Assembly (NCBI GenBank): GCA_964432125.1
Contig: CAYSMO010000002.1
Coordinates: 1-52,982, forward strand
Reading direction: 5' to 3'
From: an uncultured Bacteroidaceae bacterium
GTDB lineage: Bacteria > Bacteroidota > Bacteroidia > Bacteroidales > GCA-2748055
DNA: 52,982 nt
Positions within the stretch are counted from its first letter, which is position 1; the number at the start of each line of letters is the position of its first letter. A model generated the notes under the pieces. It did not search any database. It worked only from the letters and a program-made list of their open reading frames with translations, and was not told the origin of the DNA. The translations under genes were made by a program, and so were the position numbers. Below are positions 1 to 9,529 of this stretch, piece after piece.

Positions 1-235
1 GTTTGGGATGAGAATAGATTCTGAAAACATACTCAATGGTAAAGATCAGGGTAAAAAACCATTCCGTACTGATAAAAACTTCTGCATATTTTGTCCTGAG
101 GGGTTCTGTACTCTCCAGGATCACAGTAAGAACACTCAGAATGATTAGTACTAACAACAAAATATCAAATCTTCGGCCCGGGCGGGTTGTCGTGCCGAAA
201 ATGACAGTATAGATTTTTTGTCTGGTTGTTAGCAT
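1..235 (-). CDS. Ion-transport (voltage-gated K+ channel-like) protein, N-terminal 78 codons; gene runs off the left edge
   Basis: Absent from the ORF track because no stop lies in the window. The reverse strand from ATG (235-233) reads MLTTRQKIYTVIFGTTTRPGRRFDILLLVLIILSVLTVILESTEPLRTKYAEVFISTEWFFTLIFTIEYVFRIYSHPK. This is a short cytoplasmic head followed by S1/S2-type helices with the FT.IFT.EY..R pattern of Ion_trans channels. Confidence 0.6.
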   Translation of the reverse strand, partial: MLTTRQKIYTVIFGTTTRPGRRFDILLLVLIILSVLTVILESTEPLRTKYAEVFISTEWFFTLIFTIEYVFRIYSHPK

Positions 236-597
236 CAATCAAAAATAGAAAATTATTCTTAAGTTAAATCCCTCATCATTGAATATAAATATTTAAACTG
301 TGCGAAGACACCTGCCTGCTTGATTGCAGGAAAGGACACAGATAATTTGTTGGTAGCAAGCTGTTCGATGATGAAGCAATAAGTCATTTGTATTTTGATG
401 ATCTTTCATCAAATATGCAGAGAATAGTGGATTGCTGTTTGTTTATTTAATAATATTTCATAATTTGCTATGGAAAATAGTTATAACGGTTCTCTATGAT
501 ATCATTTAGATTGTTTTAATGGAGTCGGACTTAATGGCCCCGGATACTATTTGCAGGCAAATTTTGTTTTTTTAATATAAACCTAAATTTTTTTATT

Positions 598-951
598 ATG
601 GAGGTAGTATTGGTTATTATTTACTTGGCGTTCATTGTATTGATGCTGGTGAGTTATTGGAAAATTTTCACGAAAGCAGGTAAGCCCGGATGGGCGATTC
701 TGATTCCTATTTACAACATCATTGTTTTACTTGAAATTGTAGGTAAGCCCTGGTGGTTTGTTCTGTTAATGCTTATTCCATTAGTAAACATTGTGATAGG
801 AGTGTGGATGGTTAATTTATTGTCTTTAAGCTATGGAAAGGATGTTGGATTCACGATTGGATTGATCTTGCTGGGACCGATATTCGTTCCGATACTGGGA
901 CTTGGCAAGGCAGAATACAAAGGGCCTGCAGGTGCAGCGACCAAAGCGTAG
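598..951 (+). CDS. DUF5684-like small membrane protein
   Basis: 117-aa ORF with three hydrophobic helices and the WKIFTKAGKPGW..LIPIYN...LLEIVGKPWW pattern typical of this small-membrane-protein family. A strong terminator follows directly. Confidence 0.7.
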   Translation: MEVVLVIIYLAFIVLMLVSYWKIFTKAGKPGWAILIPIYNIIVLLEIVGKPWWFVLLMLIPLVNIVIGVWMVNLLSLSYGKDVGFTIGLILLGPIFVPILGLGKAEYKGPAGAATKA

Positions 952-972
952 GATTATTGTTTGTATGGTATT

Positions 973-1012
973 AAAAAAGGCCATTTGTACATGTACAAAT
1001 GGCCTTTTTTTT
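973..1012. terminator. Bidirectional intrinsic terminator
   Basis: Perfect 26-nt palindrome GGCCATTTGTACATGTACAAATGGCC (979-1004), flanked by A6 (973-978) and T8 (1005-1012), between convergent genes 598..951(+) and 1027..1194(-). Confidence 0.8.
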
Positions 1013-1026
1013 GGTAAACCGATCTA

Positions 1027-1194
1027 CTATTCTGGAGAAATTGCTTCAACCGGGCAGACATCGGCACAAGCACCACAGTCGGTACAGAGTTCAGGATCAA
1101 TTACATAAATATCTCCCTCGCTGATTGCTTCAACCGGGCATTCATCGATACAACTGCCACAGGCAGTACAATCGTCACTAATTACATAAGCCAT
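1027..1194 (-). CDS. 2x[4Fe-4S] clostridial-type ferredoxin (55 aa)
   Basis: Below the ORF-track size cutoff. The reverse strand ATG(1194)..TAG(1029-1027) gives MAYVISDDCTACGSCIDECPVEAISEGDIYVIDPELCTDCGACADVCPVEAISPE, which has two CxxCxxCxxxCP cluster motifs. Confidence 0.85.
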   Translation of the reverse strand: MAYVISDDCTACGSCIDECPVEAISEGDIYVIDPELCTDCGACADVCPVEAISPE

Positions 1195-1329
1195 TTTTAT
1201 AAAATTTTAATGCATTTACAATGATTACTGCTGCAAAAATACAGTCATTTTTAATAATTCTATAATTTGTCCCGCTTAATATTCATTATTTATAATAGTT
1301 CTAAGAAAACAATTGTAAGGTATTTATTT

Positions 1330-2523
1330 TCAAGGATGAAGAAGATTTATTGTTAGCCAGGCAAGAAGTGACATGCCTGTTTTGAGTGCGCGTTCGTCGG
1401 CAATAAAGCGACTACTGTGCAACGAAAGGACTTCATCAGTTTCAGGCGATCCGACTCCCAGCCTGTACATCATGGCCGGGTATTGGAGTGAAAACCAGGC
1501 GAAGTCCTCCGCCGTCATCCTGATATTCATATCGGTTACCTGGTCACTCCCAAGCAGTTCGGATGCGAGATCCCTGGAAAGTTGTGTCAGTTTGGGATCG
1601 TTGTTGAGTGCGGGATATCCCGCTCTTATTTCGAGTTCCACAGATCCCCCCATGCTGGTGGCAATTCCCTCTGAGATTTGCCTGATCAATCTGTGTGCCT
1701 TTTCTCTCCAGTCTTCGTTCATTGTCCGAAAGGTACCTTCCATCCTTACTTCGTCGGGGATTACGTTCATTGCTCCATTGGCATTTACCTTGCCGAAAGA
1801 GAGAACAGTTGGAATGCCTTTGGGCGACCTCCTGTTGATCTCCTGCTGCAGGGAGATAAGTATATGTGAGGTCATCAATACCGGATCACTAATATTTTCC
1901 GGCAGGGCGGCATGGCCCCCTTTTCCTTTAACAGTAATATAGATCTCATCGCTTGAGGCCATATAGGCACCAGCTTTAAAACCCACTTTGCCAGCCTCCA
2001 TTTCAGGGAGCACGTGTTGTGCAATGATCATGTCTGGCCTTATTTTATTGAAAATTCCTTCTTCGAGCATCAGCTTTGCCCCGCCGGGTAGTTTTTCCTC
2101 ACCCGGTTGAAAGATGCAAAGCACCCTGCCTTTGATGTGATCTTTCATTTCATATAAGATCCGGATGGCCCCCAGCAGGCTAGCCATGTGAATATCATGT
2201 CCACACGCATGCATTACTCTTTCGTTTGCAGATGCAAAGTCGAGATTCGTCTCCTCTTGAATGGGAAGTCCGTCCATATCTGACCGCAGTGCGATAACCG
2301 GTCCATCGTTATCTGCGCCTTCAATACAGGCGAGGATACCATGTTCAACGAAAGGGTAAGTATATGAAACACTCCATTGGTCGAGAAGATCCCTTATGTA
2401 CTGCGAGGTTTCTTTCTCCTCGAATGAAAGTTCAGGGTTCCTGTGAAGATGCCTGCGGATCTGGATGACCTCCTCCAGGTATTGATCTGTTTTTCTGTAT
2501 ATAAGTTCTTTAATATTCATCAT
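1330..2523 (-). CDS. M20-family amidohydrolase (N-acyl-amino-acid amidohydrolase / hippurate hydrolase type)
   Basis: The translation carries the MHACGHD metal-binding motif, GEE(K)xxGGA and GKGGHAA. I trimmed the start to ATG-ATG at 2523/2520 (MMNIKEL...) because the longer track ORF would overlap the upstream gene, whose stop is at 2526-2528. Confidence 0.85.
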   Translation of the reverse strand: MMNIKELIYRKTDQYLEEVIQIRRHLHRNPELSFEEKETSQYIRDLLDQWSVSYTYPFVEHGILACIEGADNDGPVIALRSDMDGLPIQEETNLDFASANERVMHACGHDIHMASLLGAIRILYEMKDHIKGRVLCIFQPGEEKLPGGAKLMLEEGIFNKIRPDMIIAQHVLPEMEAGKVGFKAGAYMASSDEIYITVKGKGGHAALPENISDPVLMTSHILISLQQEINRRSPKGIPTVLSFGKVNANGAMNVIPDEVRMEGTFRTMNEDWREKAHRLIRQISEGIATSMGGSVELEIRAGYPALNNDPKLTQLSRDLASELLGSDQVTDMNIRMTAEDFAWFSLQYPAMMYRLGVGSPETDEVLSLHSSRFIADERALKTGMSLLAWLTINLLHP

Positions 2524-2525
2524 AA

Positions 2526-5500
2526 TTAGAAATCGAGACTTAAAGATAAGTAGAATACACGAGGCTGGACGTCCATATTCTCCACACCCCATGCCCAGTC
2601 AAGTCTTACAAAATAGCCAAACAGTTGGGTTCTTGCGCCTACCCCAAATCCTCCGACTATCGGAGATCGGTTCGAATTGATTGTTACCACAACGGGAGTT
2701 CCGGGTTCCGGGTTATTGGGTATTACTTCAGTGTCCCACGCATTTTCGCCTGTATATGGATGGAGTCCTGTCCAGGCAGATCCGATATCTCCGAATCCGA
2801 CGACCTGAAAATTGTTGAAAAACGCTGAACCAAGCGGATGATTGGCAAAATACCTGAATATTGGCCAGCGAATCTCCGAGTTGATCAATGCAAAATTACT
2901 ACCGTTCCTGATATTCTGGGAGAAGCCCCTCATGTTGGTTGCAATGGCCTGGTATGAATAGTTCCTGGTGTAATCTATATCCACCGACTGATCAAAGGTG
3001 GGTGTCCTGAGTTGCAGGAGATTGGTCCAGTTATCCACCCCCCCGAGATAATAGATGAGTGGACTGCGCCCGAAGGAGGTACTGGCGGCAAACCTGTTGG
3101 CCCAGATCAGAGACCGGTGAATTCTGATATAATGCCTGAAATCTCCTCCAAGCACGTACAGATCCGACTCCTTCGCGTTAACCTGCCGGTATGCTTCCCC
3201 GAAAATCTTGAAACGCGTTCCCTCGTTCAGATTAATTCCCAGGTTACGAATGTTGTCGAATATCAGTTCGAGCTTAACTCCTCCCCATACTTTCAGGAGA
3301 TTTTCTTTAGACAGGTTTGCGATATCTGTGGAAAGAAAAATTGAGTTATCGTGCCTGAATGAGGCCGTTCCTTTAAGTGCAAGTGCCTGGTTAAAGGGGT
3401 ATTTTACAGAGCCAAGGAGCTGATGGGAAAAAGTTTTGACAAGTGAATTATCGAACTGATTATTGATTGCTTGCCGATGAAAAATAACCTGCTGATCGAG
3501 TCTCTTGCTGAGATTTTCGAAGCTTAGCAGGTATTCATTGCTATTGAAGTCTGACGAGAACCTTACTCCGCCCACCAACCGGTAATCTTCAAAAAGATCG
3601 TTGGCACCTACTTTGAACAGCAGGTTGAAACCCGGGTTGAAATAGAATGCACTGCCTGTAAAAGGCTGGTAGGAATCATTCAGAAAGCTGTAGTCGATTT
3701 GGTTGACCAGCTGATCAGGATAGAAGGTGGTGCGGTAATCGATATAGACATTTTCTTTTTCGGCTACATCATCCAGTACCAGTGCAATCCCGCGATCACG
3801 CAGTTGCTCGTTATAGTATTTTACCTTTTCCCTTTCAAAGATGTAGTTGTTAATGTTGATCTCGAATTCCTGCAGTTGAATGGTGTCGTTATCGATAATC
3901 AGTTTATTGTCTGCTATGTCATTCAGGGAGATTACCTTTTGTTCAATATGATGAAGTGAGTCTTCCTGTTTTAATCGTTCGACATGCCGGTTCCGGTATT
4001 CTGTATTTTCCAGTCTTTCACCAAACCGTTTGGAGAGGTCTGCTGAAGTTTTATAGAGGTTGTATTTCCCGTTGTGATAAATCACATTGCTGACATCCTT
4101 CGTCAATGGATTTACATCCATATCAATAATGTTCCGGTTGTAATTGGTTATCGGGTGACTATTGGCGAAATAGCGATAATGAATGGTGGTGTCGATAAAG
4201 GCTATGGTGCTGTCGTATTCAGCATAGTATTGGTTATATATACCGTTTTTATCGCTAAGATAAATAAACCTGTCATTCCCCATGTATTCAGGTTTCATGT
4301 GGTTGATGTAATCTCCTTCAGAGATTTTTCTCAGGACTGGGTTTTTTGTTTTGTAATCGTAAATATAAATGGATGATGCGGTAGTTGTATTGTTTGGAGG
4401 TTCATTTCCGCTTGTATATAGTGTATCGTACCTCCTGTTGGAAGTAAAGGAGATGTGGTCTGCACCGTTCATGAACCGCGGGTGGAAATCATCGGCGAGA
4501 TCGTTTGTAACACGTTCGCTTGTTGCAGAGGCAAGGTCGTACACATAGATGTCTGTCTGTCCGTTATATACTGCTGAAAATACGAGTTTTCTCCGGTCGG
4601 GCGAGAAATCCATGTCAAGTATCTTCTCAAAGTAATAAAGTATCCTGGTTGTTAGTTCATCTGTAGTAAGATTGTAAAAGTTGAGTGACAGAATGCCCTC
4701 CTCTTCCGTAATGAAACCGAGTATTTCATTAGATGGATGCCAGGCAGTAACAGGATAGGAATAGTCAATCTCCTGGTCGAGTTTCAGGCCGTGGCGGTAT
4801 ACCCTTTTTTTATCACCTGTTTGGCTGTTATAGATCCATAACCTGGATTTCCCTTTTTGATTGGTTACATACGAGATATAATTGCCATCCAAACTAATCT
4901 TTGGACGTTGGATGTGCATTTCCCGTTTCGGCTTAATCAAGCTTGTGAGTTTACCTGGGGTTTCCCCTTTCTCATCGGCGCTCATGTACATACCCAGGTA
5001 GTAGGATGACCAGTCGGCAGAGATTTCCTTTAGTTTTTGCCCCAACACATAGAGAAATCCGTCGCCTGCGCTTTTGTTCACCTTGGTCATATAGAGAATG
5101 CTCGGAATGATGGATGCCCCGTACAGATCGGCAATGTATTTCCAAAGGGAGTGACCGGCATATACGGCATCGTCGTCTGTGAGGGAGATAAGTCTATCAT
5201 ATTCCTTTGAAATGATCCCATCTTTGACCCTGTTTTCAATTTGATAATCCCATGGATTCGATACGAATGAGATCAGTCCTTCAACATACCAGTCGGGTAA
5301 ATTGATGGTTGTTGTATTGGCAACATTGGAAAGCATGCTGTTTCCGTACATGAACTCATTGATCAGGACCTCTGCAATGGCTGCCCTGATTTGTCGTTCA
5401 AATTCAACATGATCGCCTTGAAAGTAGAGTGTTACCTTATTCTGAATAACCTGGGTTGTACCCCCGGTATTGTAATCATCTTCTTCAGCAGAAAGCCCAA

Positions 5501-5831
5501 TGTTACTTTGTCTGAAGTCTGACATTTTGTTGTAGCAGATAAAGATTAACCGCTGCTCGATATCATAATCAAAGAAGCGTTCAATAACCGGGAGTTCCTT
5601 TTCAACAAATCCTGCAACATAGAGTGAAAGGTCAGCACCCTCTTCATAGGAATATACATCGAAGCGCTCGAACCTGTAAAACTTCCAGTAGTTGTCGCTG
5701 TACTGCACCCGGTTCTTTCCGAAGGTCATCTGCATCCCGTTGTAAAACTGACCATTGGTTGTGCTAATGCCAGTGGTAATAAACAGGACTGCCAGAATAT
5801 ATTTAAATAATTTCTCCAAAATACACCACAT
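2526..5831 (-). CDS. Large outer-membrane protein: unknown N-terminal domain + PD40/TolB-type beta-propeller repeats + Omp85-like C-terminal beta-barrel
   Basis: Signal-like N-terminus (MWCILEKLFKYILAVLFITTGISTTNGQ; ATG at 5831, and the track start at 5840 is TTG). It has PD40-like repeats (ISLDGNYISYVTNQKGKSRLWIYN; SPDRRKLVFSAVYNGQTDIYVYDL). The C-terminal ~400 aa show an alternating beta-strand pattern and end in ...VFYLSLSLDF, a terminal aromatic OMP signature. Confidence 0.75.
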   Translation of the reverse strand: MWCILEKLFKYILAVLFITTGISTTNGQFYNGMQMTFGKNRVQYSDNYWKFYRFERFDVYSYEEGADLSLYVAGFVEKELPVIERFFDYDIEQRLIFICYNKMSDFRQSNIGLSAEEDDYNTGGTTQVIQNKVTLYFQGDHVEFERQIRAAIAEVLINEFMYGNSMLSNVANTTTINLPDWYVEGLISFVSNPWDYQIENRVKDGIISKEYDRLISLTDDDAVYAGHSLWKYIADLYGASIIPSILYMTKVNKSAGDGFLYVLGQKLKEISADWSSYYLGMYMSADEKGETPGKLTSLIKPKREMHIQRPKISLDGNYISYVTNQKGKSRLWIYNSQTGDKKRVYRHGLKLDQEIDYSYPVTAWHPSNEILGFITEEEGILSLNFYNLTTDELTTRILYYFEKILDMDFSPDRRKLVFSAVYNGQTDIYVYDLASATSERVTNDLADDFHPRFMNGADHISFTSNRRYDTLYTSGNEPPNNTTTASSIYIYDYKTKNPVLRKISEGDYINHMKPEYMGNDRFIYLSDKNGIYNQYYAEYDSTIAFIDTTIHYRYFANSHPITNYNRNIIDMDVNPLTKDVSNVIYHNGKYNLYKTSADLSKRFGERLENTEYRNRHVERLKQEDSLHHIEQKVISLNDIADNKLIIDNDTIQLQEFEININNYIFEREKVKYYNEQLRDRGIALVLDDVAEKENVYIDYRTTFYPDQLVNQIDYSFLNDSYQPFTGSAFYFNPGFNLLFKVGANDLFEDYRLVGGVRFSSDFNSNEYLLSFENLSKRLDQQVIFHRQAINNQFDNSLVKTFSHQLLGSVKYPFNQALALKGTASFRHDNSIFLSTDIANLSKENLLKVWGGVKLELIFDNIRNLGINLNEGTRFKIFGEAYRQVNAKESDLYVLGGDFRHYIRIHRSLIWANRFAASTSFGRSPLIYYLGGVDNWTNLLQLRTPTFDQSVDIDYTRNYSYQAIATNMRGFSQNIRNGSNFALINSEIRWPIFRYFANHPLGSAFFNNFQVVGFGDIGSAWTGLHPYTGENAWDTEVIPNNPEPGTPVVVTINSNRSPIVGGFGVGARTQLFGYFVRLDWAWGVENMDVQPRVFYLSLSLDF

Positions 5832-5950
5832 CTTTTCCAATCAGCGTAAAAATAAACAATATTCATGACAATGGGGGACATTCAAATGGTCTGATTTTTG
5901 AGTAGGAAAAGAAAATGAGTTACATGCAACCTTTTTCATTATATAAGCGT

Positions 5951-5958
5951 TAGATTTG
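5951..5958 (+). promoter_or_regulatory. Candidate Bacteroidota -7 promoter box (TAGATTTG)
   Basis: Matches TAnnTTTG about 90 nt upstream of the ATG at 6048, in a divergent intergenic region. Confidence 0.25.
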
Positions 5959-6047
5959 TACCGTTTGGTGAAATTTGAATCTGGTTGCAGACTACAACCT
6001 CATTTTTAGTGTATATTTAACAATATTTAATTTAAAAGAGATTTTTC

Positions 6048-7130
6048 ATGAAAAGTTTTTTTACAGGTTTACTGGTCATTTCCATTGCATTTTCAGGAAT
6101 GTCACAGACAAAAGCGCCCTTTATTTCATTTGAAAAGCAGACGCATGATTTTGGAACGATGAAGGAAGAGGAGGGAACCTCCACATACAATTTTAAGTTT
6201 ATAAATACAGGGGGTACACCACTGATTATACAAAATGTTAGGGCAACATGTGGATGTACCGCACCCAACTGGACCAGAGAGCCGGTTCCTCCCGGAGGTG
6301 GCGGATTTGTTGCTGCGACCTATAATCCGGCTGGTCGACCCGGCGCATTTTCGAAATACCTCTATGTCGATTCCAACTCTGACCAGGGATCGATCAGATT
6401 GACCATTAAGGGAGAAGTGACGCCAAAACCGAGAACCATAGAGGATGAATACAGGTACAGCATGGGAGGACTTCGGCTCAGGGCAAACCATCTTGCTTTT
6501 GGCAATGTGAACAACAGTGGCAAAAAGGATTACCGACTGGAGGTTATCAATACTTCGGATAAGGAGATCAGTTTAGGTTTTCAAAGGGTTCCCGGACATA
6601 TGGAAATTCGGTTTATTCCGGAGGTTCTGAAACCCATGCAAAAAGGTATTATTGAAGCCAACTATGATGCATCAAAGAAGAACGATTGGGGTATGCTGAT
6701 TGACCGTATCAATGTTACGATAGACGGGGTCAATGACCGCAGTCACAGCCTTGTGGTTTCTGCCAATATTGTAGAAGATTTCTCCGATCTTTCAGCAGCT
6801 GAGCTGTTACAAGCTCCTGTTGCTTCAGTAGACAATCCTGAGGTGACCTTTGGTCAGATGAAACAAAATGAAAAGTTTGAGCATGACTTCGTGTTGAGCA
6901 ATACCGGCAAGTCAACCTTATACATCAGGAAGATTAGAGCTTCCTGCGGATGTACAGCAGCCAAACCGGATAAGATGCAAATTGAGCCGGGGGATAGCGT
7001 AAAGATTAAAACGGTTTTTAATTCAGCAGGAAAGCGAGGGCATCAGAACCAGAACATTACGGTAATCACCAATGATCCCAAGCGAACGAACCTGGTACTC
7101 AGAATTAAGGGAGAAGTACTGACAGGATAG
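6048..7130 (+). CDS. Secreted protein with two DUF1573-type beta-sandwich modules
   Basis: Signal peptide (MKSFFTGLLVISIAFSGMSQ). The hallmark motif occurs twice: VRATCGCTAPNW near the N-terminus and IRASCGCTAAKP near the C-terminus. Each is embedded in F.F.N.G...L.I context. Confidence 0.8.
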   Translation: MKSFFTGLLVISIAFSGMSQTKAPFISFEKQTHDFGTMKEEEGTSTYNFKFINTGGTPLIIQNVRATCGCTAPNWTREPVPPGGGGFVAATYNPAGRPGAFSKYLYVDSNSDQGSIRLTIKGEVTPKPRTIEDEYRYSMGGLRLRANHLAFGNVNNSGKKDYRLEVINTSDKEISLGFQRVPGHMEIRFIPEVLKPMQKGIIEANYDASKKNDWGMLIDRINVTIDGVNDRSHSLVVSANIVEDFSDLSAAELLQAPVASVDNPEVTFGQMKQNEKFEHDFVLSNTGKSTLYIRKIRASCGCTAAKPDKMQIEPGDSVKIKTVFNSAGKRGHQNQNITVITNDPKRTNLVLRIKGEVLTG

Positions 7131-7291
7131 CAGGAACATACATTGATCAGGAAAGAGATGTTTCAGAAACTACTGGAGCATCTTTTTTTTGATTGTATCT
7201 GATCCAACAGAAGCCGACCATTTCGAGGAAATCCTTATCTTTGTTTGCTGGTTGGCCGGGACATTCAATTTCTTCTTTAAAACCTTATGGT

Positions 7292-9367
7292 ATGAGCAAG
7301 TACACATTCTTCAATAGGGATATCAGCTGGTTATCTTTCAATTACAGGGTTTTAGAGGAGGCTATGGACAAGTCACACCCGCTGTATGAGCGAATCAAGT
7401 TTTTAGCGATATACTCCAATAATCTGGAGGAGTTTTACTCCGTAAGGGTAAGTTACTATAAGCAGATGCTCAGACAGCAGCTAAGGTTCCCCGACCAGGT
7501 AAACCGCGTTCAGCCGGCCAAAATAATACATGAGATCAATGAGATCGTATCGGAACAGCAGGTAGTCTTCCACAGGATATTCGAAGAACATATTGTTCCC
7601 GAACTCAGGAAAAATAATATATTTTTCGTCGACAACAGTGATGTTCTGAATGAAGCAGAAACAAAGGAGCTGAAGGAGCTTTTCTTTATTGAGGTATTGA
7701 CCCAGATTCAGCCGGTATTGCTGATCAAGCAGCGGATCAGGCCTTTTCTTCAGACAGGCAATGTATATTTGGCGCTTGATATGGTGATAAGGGATAAACT
7801 GAAAAGCAAAAGCGGAAAAAGGAGAGAGCAGTACGGAATTATCAAGGTGCCGCTCGACCGGAACCTTCCCAGGTTTATTGAGCTTCCCGGTGAGGGTGAC
7901 AAGCACAAGATAATTTTCCTGGAGGATCTGATCATGAGGCATGTAGAAGCCATATTTCCTGGCTATATTGTTAAAAATTTCTACTCCATCAAGCTTACCC
8001 GTGATGCAGATCTGGAATATGATGATTACGAGGGTGAAGAGCTTATTGAGGTGATTGAGGATCTGCGGAAACATCGGTCACTTGGTAAGCCCAACCGATT
8101 TCAATACGACCGCTCTATGCCAGAGAGGATGTTGCACTATTTCAGGAAGACCTTTCACCTGGAGGATGATATCCTTGTAAAAGGCGGAAGCCGGCATAAT
8201 TTCAGGGATTTCTTTGCTTTTCCAAATCCGAGGAGTCCGAAGCTCGAAATTGAAAAGCTGCCTCCATTACCAATCCCTTTGATTGAAAACCACAGCGACA
8301 CTCTGGCGGAATTGATCGAGGAGCGGGATCTGCTTTTAAGTGTACCTTACCAGCGATATGATTACCTGATCGATTTTCTGAGCGAAGCATCGAAAGACAA
8401 TACTGTTGTGGAGATCAAGACAACGCAGTACCGTGTTGCGGAAAACTCCACAGTAATAAAGGCATTGATCAATGCGGCTGAAAACGGCAAGAAAGTAACT
8501 GTTTTTGTTGAGCTGAAGGCAAGGTTCGACGAGGAGGCTAATCTTGAGTGGGCTGAGGAGATGCGAAAAGCAGGGATACTGATTTTATATAGTATCCCTA
8601 AGCTGAAGGTTCATGCCAAGCTTGCATTGGTTATTCGTGAGTCGGGCAGTGAGATTGGAGATCAGGTTTATCTCGGGACGGGAAATTTTAATGAGAAGAC
8701 TGCCAAATTGTATTGCGATCATGGACTCTTCACCTCTCACATAGGAATTGTAAATGAAATTAAGGATTTATACCGGCACCTCGAAGATCAGCAACATGAT
8801 TGTAATTTTGAGCATATACTTGTGCCAGGTTTTAATATGGTGCCACAGTTCATCAGGCTTATCAGGCAGGAGGCCAGGAATGCTAAACAAGGAAAGGATG
8901 CCTATATCCTGCTCAAGATGAATGGACTGCAGGATGTGCCACTGGTTGAGGAGCTATATAGGGCCAGTGAGGCCGGAGTTACGATTGATATTATTGTTCG
9001 TGGCATCTGTATTTTGAAGCCAGGGCAACCCTACAGTAAAAATATTCGTTTAATCAGGATCGTCGACAGGTTTCTTGAGCATGCGAGGATCTTCGCCTTT
9101 CATAACGGCGGTAAAATAAAGGTGTTCATGGGTTCGGCCGACTGGATGAAACGAAACCTGAACCGGAGGATTGAATGTGTCTTTCCCATTTATGAGAAGG
9201 AGTTGAAAGAGGAGATTCTTGATATACTGAATATTCAGCTCTCCGACAACGTGAAAGCAAGTATAATCGATGAAAATTTGCAGAATGTGCGTATAAGAAA
9301 TGACCAGCCGGAGTTGCGCTCACAGCTGGCCACATATGAATATTTCAAGAAGAAGTACCAGGGATGA
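7292..9367 (+). CDS. ppk1: Polyphosphate kinase 1
   Basis: FNRDISWLSFNYRVLEEA N-terminus and two PLD-like HKD regions (KVHAKLALV...; FLEHARIF). I trimmed the start to ATG 7292 (MSKYTFFNRD...); the track start at 7193 is TTG and adds 33 atypical residues. Confidence 0.9.
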   Translation: MSKYTFFNRDISWLSFNYRVLEEAMDKSHPLYERIKFLAIYSNNLEEFYSVRVSYYKQMLRQQLRFPDQVNRVQPAKIIHEINEIVSEQQVVFHRIFEEHIVPELRKNNIFFVDNSDVLNEAETKELKELFFIEVLTQIQPVLLIKQRIRPFLQTGNVYLALDMVIRDKLKSKSGKRREQYGIIKVPLDRNLPRFIELPGEGDKHKIIFLEDLIMRHVEAIFPGYIVKNFYSIKLTRDADLEYDDYEGEELIEVIEDLRKHRSLGKPNRFQYDRSMPERMLHYFRKTFHLEDDILVKGGSRHNFRDFFAFPNPRSPKLEIEKLPPLPIPLIENHSDTLAELIEERDLLLSVPYQRYDYLIDFLSEASKDNTVVEIKTTQYRVAENSTVIKALINAAENGKKVTVFVELKARFDEEANLEWAEEMRKAGILILYSIPKLKVHAKLALVIRESGSEIGDQVYLGTGNFNEKTAKLYCDHGLFTSHIGIVNEIKDLYRHLEDQQHDCNFEHILVPGFNMVPQFIRLIRQEARNAKQGKDAYILLKMNGLQDVPLVEELYRASEAGVTIDIIVRGICILKPGQPYSKNIRLIRIVDRFLEHARIFAFHNGGKIKVFMGSADWMKRNLNRRIECVFPIYEKELKEEILDILNIQLSDNVKASIIDENLQNVRIRNDQPELRSQLATYEYFKKKYQG

Positions 9368-9529
9368 CGAGTGGTTGTTGCCTGAATGATCAGCTTCCCA
9401 GCATCTCTGTTAGCTGGTTATGTCGAGTTTTACACGAGATTTATTTTTCAGTTATTTTTTTAATAGTTGCAATATTACAATCTTTTTAGCTGAATAATGT
9501 CAGATAATTGTTAAAAAAACTTTAGAAAA

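Noticed and set aside
902-1108. 68-aa + strand ORF from the track
   Set aside because: It reads straight through a perfect bidirectional terminator palindrome. It is also antisense to a textbook ferredoxin gene on the other strand.
1373-1942. 189-aa + strand ORF
   Set aside because: It lies entirely antisense to the well-supported M20 amidohydrolase gene, has low-complexity Ser/Leu-rich content and shows no recognisable motif.
2524-2592. N-terminal extension of the M20 ORF (track start 2592)
   Set aside because: It would overlap the last 22 codons of the upstream OMP gene. ATG-ATG at 2523/2520 gives a normal N-terminus directly after that gene's stop.
7193-7291. N-terminal extension of ppk1 (TTG start)
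   Set aside because: The extension has no PPK similarity. The canonical FNRDISWL N-terminus begins just after ATG 7292.
7481-8074. 197-aa antisense ORF inside ppk1
   Set aside because: It lies opposite a confidently identified gene and has no motifs. This is a typical shadow ORF.
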